This document shows positions 57,161-64,000 of a stretch of DNA of 64,000 nt, one piece after another (position 1 is the stretch's first letter; each line of letters begins with the position of its first letter). Both the position numbers and the translations under genes were made by a program. The stretch comes from Octopus vulgaris (Eukaryota), in assembly GCA_951406725.2 (NCBI GenBank), contig OX597825.1:60388001-60452000 (forward strand). Direction: 5' to 3'. Below the pieces are notes generated by a model. It searched no databases. It was given only the letters and a program-made list of their open reading frames with translations, and was not told the origin of the DNA.

Positions 57161-57420
57161 ATGTTGTACATTGGGGAAACGACACGTAGCATAAGGGAGC
57201 GAATAGATAAACACTGGCAGTACCTCAAACAGGAGAAAATCTCGTCAGTGCTCTACCAACATGCTCAAGCAGAATATAGAGGCTCGTTTAATAACATAGA
57301 AGGTACAATATTGTCAACGCATATCTTAGACAGATTAAGGAGGCAACATACATAGTAGTAGACAGACCGAGTCGCAACAGAAAACACGTCCACAATACCT
57401 AAAACTACAACACTACGCAA
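57161..57420 (+). pseudogene. GIY-YIG endonuclease fragment (PLE-derived)
   Basis: LYIGETTRSIRERIDKH...SVLYQHAQ. Confidence 0.7.
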
Positions 57421-57902
57421 CATGTCAACACCAAACAACACCATGACTAAAGACAGAAAGATAGAAAAAACACAGATACAAACAGTATAATACATGCACA
57501 AAAGACAAACTTATGATAATATTTAAGAAATTGAGATAAATAAGTAAACAAATGAAAACATATATAAAGAACACGGATACAAACAATATAGTAAGCAAAA
57601 CCATACACAGACACAAACACACAGGCAAAACACGCAGACATGTATACATACATGACACACACACGCACACACACACGCGCGCACAGATGCAGACGCAAAT
57701 GCATGCGCAGATTAGGATACACAGCATAGAAAGGCAGAATTGACTAAACAGAACAGTAAAGTACACGTGAGTGGAAAAGTCGCTGTAGAGGTCACAGATG
57801 AGTGACGAAAGATTTCCACACAATGGGCTTGAGATAAAATAAGAACAATAACAAGATAGTGAAGCATTTGCGTGTTTTTAATGGTTAAGGAAATAAAATA
57901 GT

Positions 57903-58282
57903 GTGGAGGTGCAATGGCCCAGTGGTTAGGGCAGCGGACTCCCGGTCATAGGATCGCGGTTTCGATTCCAAGACCGGGCGTTGTGAGTGTTTATTGAGCG
58001 AAAACACCTAAAGCTCCACGAGGCCCCGGCAGGGGATGGTGGTGATCCCTGCTGTACTCTTTCACCACAACTTTCTCTCACTCTTACTTCTTGTTTCTGT
58101 TGTACCTGTATTTCATAGGGCCGGCCTTATCACTCTCTGTGTCAATCTGAATATCCCCGAGAACTAGGTTAAGGGTACACGTGTCTGTGGAGTGCTCAGC
58201 CACTTACACGTTAATTTCACGAGCAGGTTGTTCCGTTGATTCGGATCAACCGGAACCCTCGTCGTTGTAACCGACGGAGTGC
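57903..58282 (+). mobile_element. Full-length tRNA-derived SINE (family C head, alternative tail)
   Basis: ggaggtgcaatggcccagtggttagggcagcggac (A box)...ggtttcgattcc (B box). Tail ...gtaaccgacggagtgc. Confidence 0.85.
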
Positions 58283-58412
58283 TTCCCTCCTCCTTAAGGA
58301 AATAAAATGACCACCTCAAAATATAACTATCCGTTTACATTCATACTTCGGATGAATGTGTGTGTATAGTGAATAGTTTTGTGGATACTAACGATTTCTT
58401 AACACCAACAAA

Positions 58413-58463
<51 letters not shown>

Positions 58464-58484
58464 CATACCTACCTACCTACCTAC

Positions 58485-58543
<59 letters not shown>

Positions 58544-58743
58544 CCTATCTATCTATCTACCTACCTACCTACCTACCTACCTACCTACCTACCTACCTAC
58601 CTACATCCATCTATCTATCTATCTATCTATCTATCTACCTACAATTTATAAACAGGTTAAAATCTTTTATAAGAATTTATCAAGTATTTAGCGTGAAAAA
58701 CCTGATAAGGAAAAAATTATTAATTATTCCCTTTAAATATATT

Positions 58744-58855
58744 TATATTAAGGGGATTACTATACATAAATGCCTCACGCTAGGAGGGATTCATTTTTGA
58801 CTTTAAGAGTCCCTCCTAGCGTGAGGCTTTTATGTATAGTAATGCCCTTAATATA
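58744..58855. repeat. Near-perfect hairpin (~49-bp arms, ~14-nt loop)
   Basis: tatattaaggggattactatacataaatgcctcacgctaggagggattc / gagtccctcctagcgtgaggcttttatgtatagtaatgcccttaatata. Confidence 0.9.
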
Positions 58856-58856
58856 T

Positions 58857-58944
<88 letters not shown>

Positions 58945-59064
58945 AGCCCTCTCTCTCTCTTAATATATCTGTATATTGATTTGTATGTGTATCTATATTT
59001 GTGTTTATGTATGTGTTTATTGATTTACCTTTCATAATTTATATAATATTCCGGCCATGCTACG

Positions 59065-59420
59065 TCACTACCAATTAAATTTAGTCGAACGAACGCCCCC
59101 ACCCCAGTACTTCCTTTTTGAAGACTGGTACTTATTCTACCGATCTCTTTTGCTGCAACACTAAATTACGTGGATGTGCCCACCAACACCACTTGTCAAG
59201 CCGTGGTATAGGGCACTGGCACAGTGACAGACACACATATACACACACATACACACGTATACACACACGTAAGTATATTCTTTCTTTATCAGTCTCCCAG
59301 ATCCACTCACAGGTCCTTGGTTGGCCTGAAGCTATACTCAAACACACTGCCCTAATGTTCCAGGCAGTGGAACTGTATCTCAAACCATGTGGTTGGGAAG
59401 CAAACTTGTTATTACACATA
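59065..59420 (-). mobile_element. SINE family B, diverged
   Basis: ggtacttattctaccgatctcttttgc...atccactcacagg...aaccatgtggttggga. Confidence 0.7.
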
Positions 59421-59435
59421 ACTGAATATCTGATA

Positions 59436-59473
<38 letters not shown>

Positions 59474-59751
59474 AACTAAAGTTATAGAACAAACACATGC
59501 AAGGTCATCCAATAACATTTCATAACTCGAACATTTAATCATAGAAAATACATTTAGACATCACGGAAGATGGAATATAATTCATCTGTACAAGCATATA
59601 ATAAAGTGCAAGAAAAAAATGTGTGAATATATGTGAATACAGTTCATCACGGTTAAAAGTTAATACTTTAGCGATTAAGAAAAAAAAAATTTTTTTTTAA
59701 AAAAAACCAATACAACACCTAGAAGGTAAGACGTAGAAATATAGTATATAG

Positions 59752-59784
<33 letters not shown>

Positions 59785-60106
59785 TATATAAAAATATATA
59801 TATAAATATATAAATATAGGAAGCATATAAAAATATATAACATATAATTTAAAATAAAATAAAGGTTCATCGTTTAGAAAAGCTTATAAATTTACTTATC
59901 GAATAAGAGAGGCCTTATAGTTAAAAAGAGGAAACCATATTTACTAAATTCCCTATGCCCATTTCAGGGGTATATTATTGTGTTTAAGGCACTAGGGTGC
60001 ATCACGCTAATAACTCCTTCGTCAGGGGAAAAATAGAGAGACAGACACCATCGCGTAGCAGGCTTAACACAATATTGTGTATTTTCTTATTGAAGCAGTC
60101 ATGCTT

Positions 60107-60163
<57 letters not shown>

Positions 60164-60265
60164 GGAGTAAACACATAAATGTGAAACAAGGTGGAAAAAG
60201 AGTACTCAAATACCAGGGGTAGAGTAATAGGCTGTATTTAAAAGCAGCAGAAAATTCAACAAAAC

Positions 60266-60303
60266 CTGTTACTCTGAGTTTCACGTTTCCGTTCGTCGGA
60301 CAG
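60266..60303 (-). ncRNA. Minimal hammerhead-like motif (CCGACGA core) in a PLE-like tail (~60162-60330)
   Basis: ctgt-CCGACGA-acg gaaa cgt-GAAA-ctc a gag-TA-acag. All three stems pair. Confidence 0.7.
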
Positions 60304-60644
60304 TGCTTTTAAATAAAGTTATCACCGAAAAGGTAATTATTTTTCCATGCTTGCTGATATTGTTTTTGTGTCTCTCTTTTTGTCTCAAAGCCGTAGGGCG
60401 CCTGTGTCATCCATGTTTTTAACCGTTACTGTCTCCCAAAAAGATTTTTCGTTTCATGTTCGTCTCTGTTGCGTTGCATTCTTTCCTTCTGTGGCTGGCT
60501 GATTCAGAGCGGATCTCAGAATTAAACAGCCGAAATCTGCGATGAGGGATCAGTTTCTGACTGAAGAATGAAGGCTTTGAATGACCCGTTTGTCTTTTTG
60601 TTCGTCCCTTCGTGTATTTCATGTTATTTATTTATGTAAAGGTT

Positions 60645-60704
<60 letters not shown>

Positions 60705-60846
60705 GTGTGTGGTTATGTAAGTATGTATGTATGTATGTATGTATGTATGTATGAGTGTGTGTGCATGTATGTATATGAATGTATGTACATGCATGTTTGT
60801 ATATGTATCTTTACATTTTAAATATTTATACTCATATATATGTATA

Positions 60847-61062
60847 GGCGGCGATCTGGCAGAAACGCTAGCACTCCGGGCAAAAGGCTTAGCAGTATTT
60901 CGTCTGTCACTACGTTCTGAGTTCAAATTCCACCGATGTCAACTTCGCCTTTCATCCTTTTGGGGTCGATTAAATCAGTACCAGTTACGCACTGTGGTCG
61001 ATAAAATCGACTTATTCCCACATCCCCTCTATATTTAGCCTTCTGTGGGGAATAAAGAAATA
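60847..61062 (+). mobile_element. SINE family A, full-length
   Basis: ggcggcgatctggcagaaacgctagc...gagttcaaattcc...tttcatccttttggggtcga...aataaagaaata. Confidence 0.85.
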
Positions 61063-61117
61063 CATAAATATATGTTTATATATATATAAACAGGCATATC
61101 TACACAAATACATACAT

Positions 61118-61166
<49 letters not shown>

Positions 61167-61548
61167 TAGATATATATATATATGTGTGCATATATATATA
61201 TATGTATTTACGTATGTATATATATATATATACAGGGAGATAGCGGTGAAAATTAAGGGCAGTCATAACAGAACCATTGTAGCATTACATTAACTCCGTT
61301 TTGTTAGAGACAGTTTTAAGGACAGTGAAACGTTCGATATTTTATGGTGTGTCTTTAATCAACAATGCCCCCCAGCCAGCCACCCAGCCACCCACCGTGT
61401 CCAGTAGTCTCATCTGTATGCATTGGAGAACATTTTCTAACAACACTCTTCTAACAATATTTCACCTTCTCCGAAACATTTTTTAACCTCTACGTGCTAT
61501 GAATGTAAACTCACGACGTCTGATCACAACTGGAAATGTATGTATATA

Positions 61549-61594
<46 letters not shown>

Positions 61595-61703
61595 ACACAC
61601 GCACACACACACACGCGCGTACACACACACAAACACACACACAAACACACACAAACGCATATATAGAGTGTATATCTATCTAACTATATATATATATATA
61701 TAT

Positions 61704-61734
<31 letters not shown>

Positions 61735-62429
61735 CATGTATGTATATAAATAAATATATATATATATACGTAGATATATAAAATTATGCTATACATATAA
61801 ATAGATATTAGTCGTATACATGCATGTGGGTATGTGTATATTATACACATATAATTATACTGTACATATGCATCATATCCATTTAGTTTACCATGCCCGC
61901 ATACGCACACATACACACACACACAAACACACGCACAAACACACATATATGATTTTATATTATATTTGTATGAATATTTGTATTTGTATTTTTGTGTATG
62001 CCACCACATCTCTCTGTTTATGCTTATATATTGTGCACGTGCGAGTGTGTATATGCGTGTGCGTGTGTATGTATGAATAATGTTGCTAATGGTAAGCATA
62101 AATATATTAATGATATCCCTAAGTATTTGAGTATTTTTCTATTCATAGTTAGGCATCTTACATATAGGTATATGCATATTGATTAGGAATCTCATCCATA
62201 ACTACCTCTGTATTTTATGTAGGTTCCATCAAATAATATCATGGAGAATGTATCTAAAGTGTAATTGTCATTTTTATATATCAGATAATACAGATTTTCA
62301 AATATGAAATACAAAAGATGAAATAGGCTTAATATCATCCGGGTTGTAATAAACAGATAGATATTCCTTACTGTACCACATGCAATAGCTTAATTTTGTA
62401 TAGATTGTATAACAAACGAAAAATATTAT

Positions 62430-62980
62430 TACAGGGAAACAAATGATACTAGATGGTTTTGCTACGCTGATTTCAAATCGATATTTAGATATTTTCTCAT
62501 CACAACATTTTTATGCATTTTAATTGTTTTTGATTTGTCGATAATTCATTGATCAATACACACGTAGTTTTGATTCTTTTAAAGAGAAATCGCGGACATA
62601 CCATGTGACAATTTTACGTAAATTCCTCAGATCTTCAGATTGCCTCAATCGGACATGCTATTGAAATGCAGATTTGCTTCAGTCAGATTTGTTGTCGCAA
62701 GTCAACAGACTATATATCGAAAAATATCGAAAAGCACGACTGAATTTATTGCCTCGGTTATATATTATAGAGCCAGAAGAGCAACATATTTATCGTGTAC
62801 AGTACAGTGCAATGTTAACAGCCTGGATAAATGATAAAAGAGAAATCAGTGGCGTTATCATATCTATCATTTCGTGTGAACCCACAACTACCTGAAGTTT
62901 TCCTAAGAAAAATCTCGGCTCAAAATTGATATATGTCGTCAATCAACAACTGAGACTCTTGATGAACCTTAAAACCCTTA
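62430..62980 (+). mobile_element. Possible highly decayed Tc1/mariner-superfamily relic
   Basis: Weak HTH-like translation (IEKYRK...PEEQHIYRVQ...FLRKNLG). No clear TIR pair. Confidence 0.3.
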
Positions 62981-64000
62981 CTATATGCGAAAGCAATTTC
63001 ATCAATTCCACTAGCAATAATTACAGATAATAGACATTCAAATATTTGGATACTGATATGGTAACAACGGTAGCCCCTATATCAAAGATGAACATAATTT
63101 CCCACATCTGATCAATTAAAGTGAAATAATTTGGTGGATAATTTTGTATTTAAATAAGCAACGACAGAGGTGTTCCGGCTTAGATTTCAAGAACAGAATC
63201 TCCTCCAGCCACTTCTTCCTTTTTTGTTTTTATTTCATATCATGATATAAAGCATTCGTTATTTCACATGAAAACTAAAACAACCCCAGCTGTCTCGACA
63301 GAAAACTTTTTTATGTTAATTCATTCTATCAGGTAATACGATTCTATCTTGTGACATATTCTTATTCTCATATCATTTATCTTTTAGCTTACTCCTATAC
63401 ATCCAATCTGGTGACACGATATTGACTCTATCAGGTGACATACATTGACTCATTTTATGAAATTATTCTTTTCAACCGCGTGCCGCTTCTTCTTTGTCTT
63501 ATTCTTTTACACCTTGGACAATTGAATTATAGTCTACTCTTTTACATTTCGTTTTGGAATTATTGTAATATTATTCATTCATGAATAAAATCATTATCTG
63601 AGCCCAATATTGTTATTCGTTCCTATGTTATAACAAAAATTTGTTTCTTCTTTGATAGCAGTGGTCTGGTAGTCGTCTATCTTTTCAAGCAAAAGAAAAA
63701 AAACAATCTCTTTTACTCCCGTATATTGTGTGAGGTACCCAGAATTAAATATTTTCTCATCATTTTGCCGAATGAGTTATATTAGCATTCATCAGCAAAT
63801 GGAATTATTCTGTTTTCTTTCGTCAAGATACTGTAGAATACGTAATATGTTCACAGTAAATAAAGTCGCAGGCAAAAAAAAAAGAACTCTGTCGATGTAT
63901 ATGAAATGTCAGATGAACCGATACAATATCCCTAGGAAGATTAATGATACACAACCTACAGTTCACTGAGTAAGACAGTTTAAAACTAATTATAAAAGAA

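Noticed and set aside
57903-57980. tRNA gene
   Set aside because: Continues into a repeat body shared with other copies, so it is a SINE head.

Overview
Highly repetitive, AT-rich eukaryotic non-coding DNA. The repeat content looks like an octopus/cephalopod genome (inference). I could not support any host protein-coding gene: almost all listed ORFs are translations of (TA)n/(CA)n/(CTAT)n/(AAT)n microsatellites. The main feature is a young Penelope-like retroelement (PLE) on the minus strand at 37435-46447. It has an RT + C-terminal GIY-YIG ORF of about 713 aa, broken only by three 1-nt indels in short base runs. Its ~3.5-kb direct pseudo-LTRs each end in a type I hammerhead ribozyme (HHR). 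The window also holds several decayed PLEs (some with inverted tails), at least eight further intact, core-variant or degenerate HHR motifs, and a tRNA-headed SINE-like element ending in an HHR, present as an inverted dimer at ~12915-13590. Other repeats are three mariner relics, RTE-like and R4/Dong-like LINE relics, and many tRNA-derived SINE copies. Boundaries of decayed elements are approximate.
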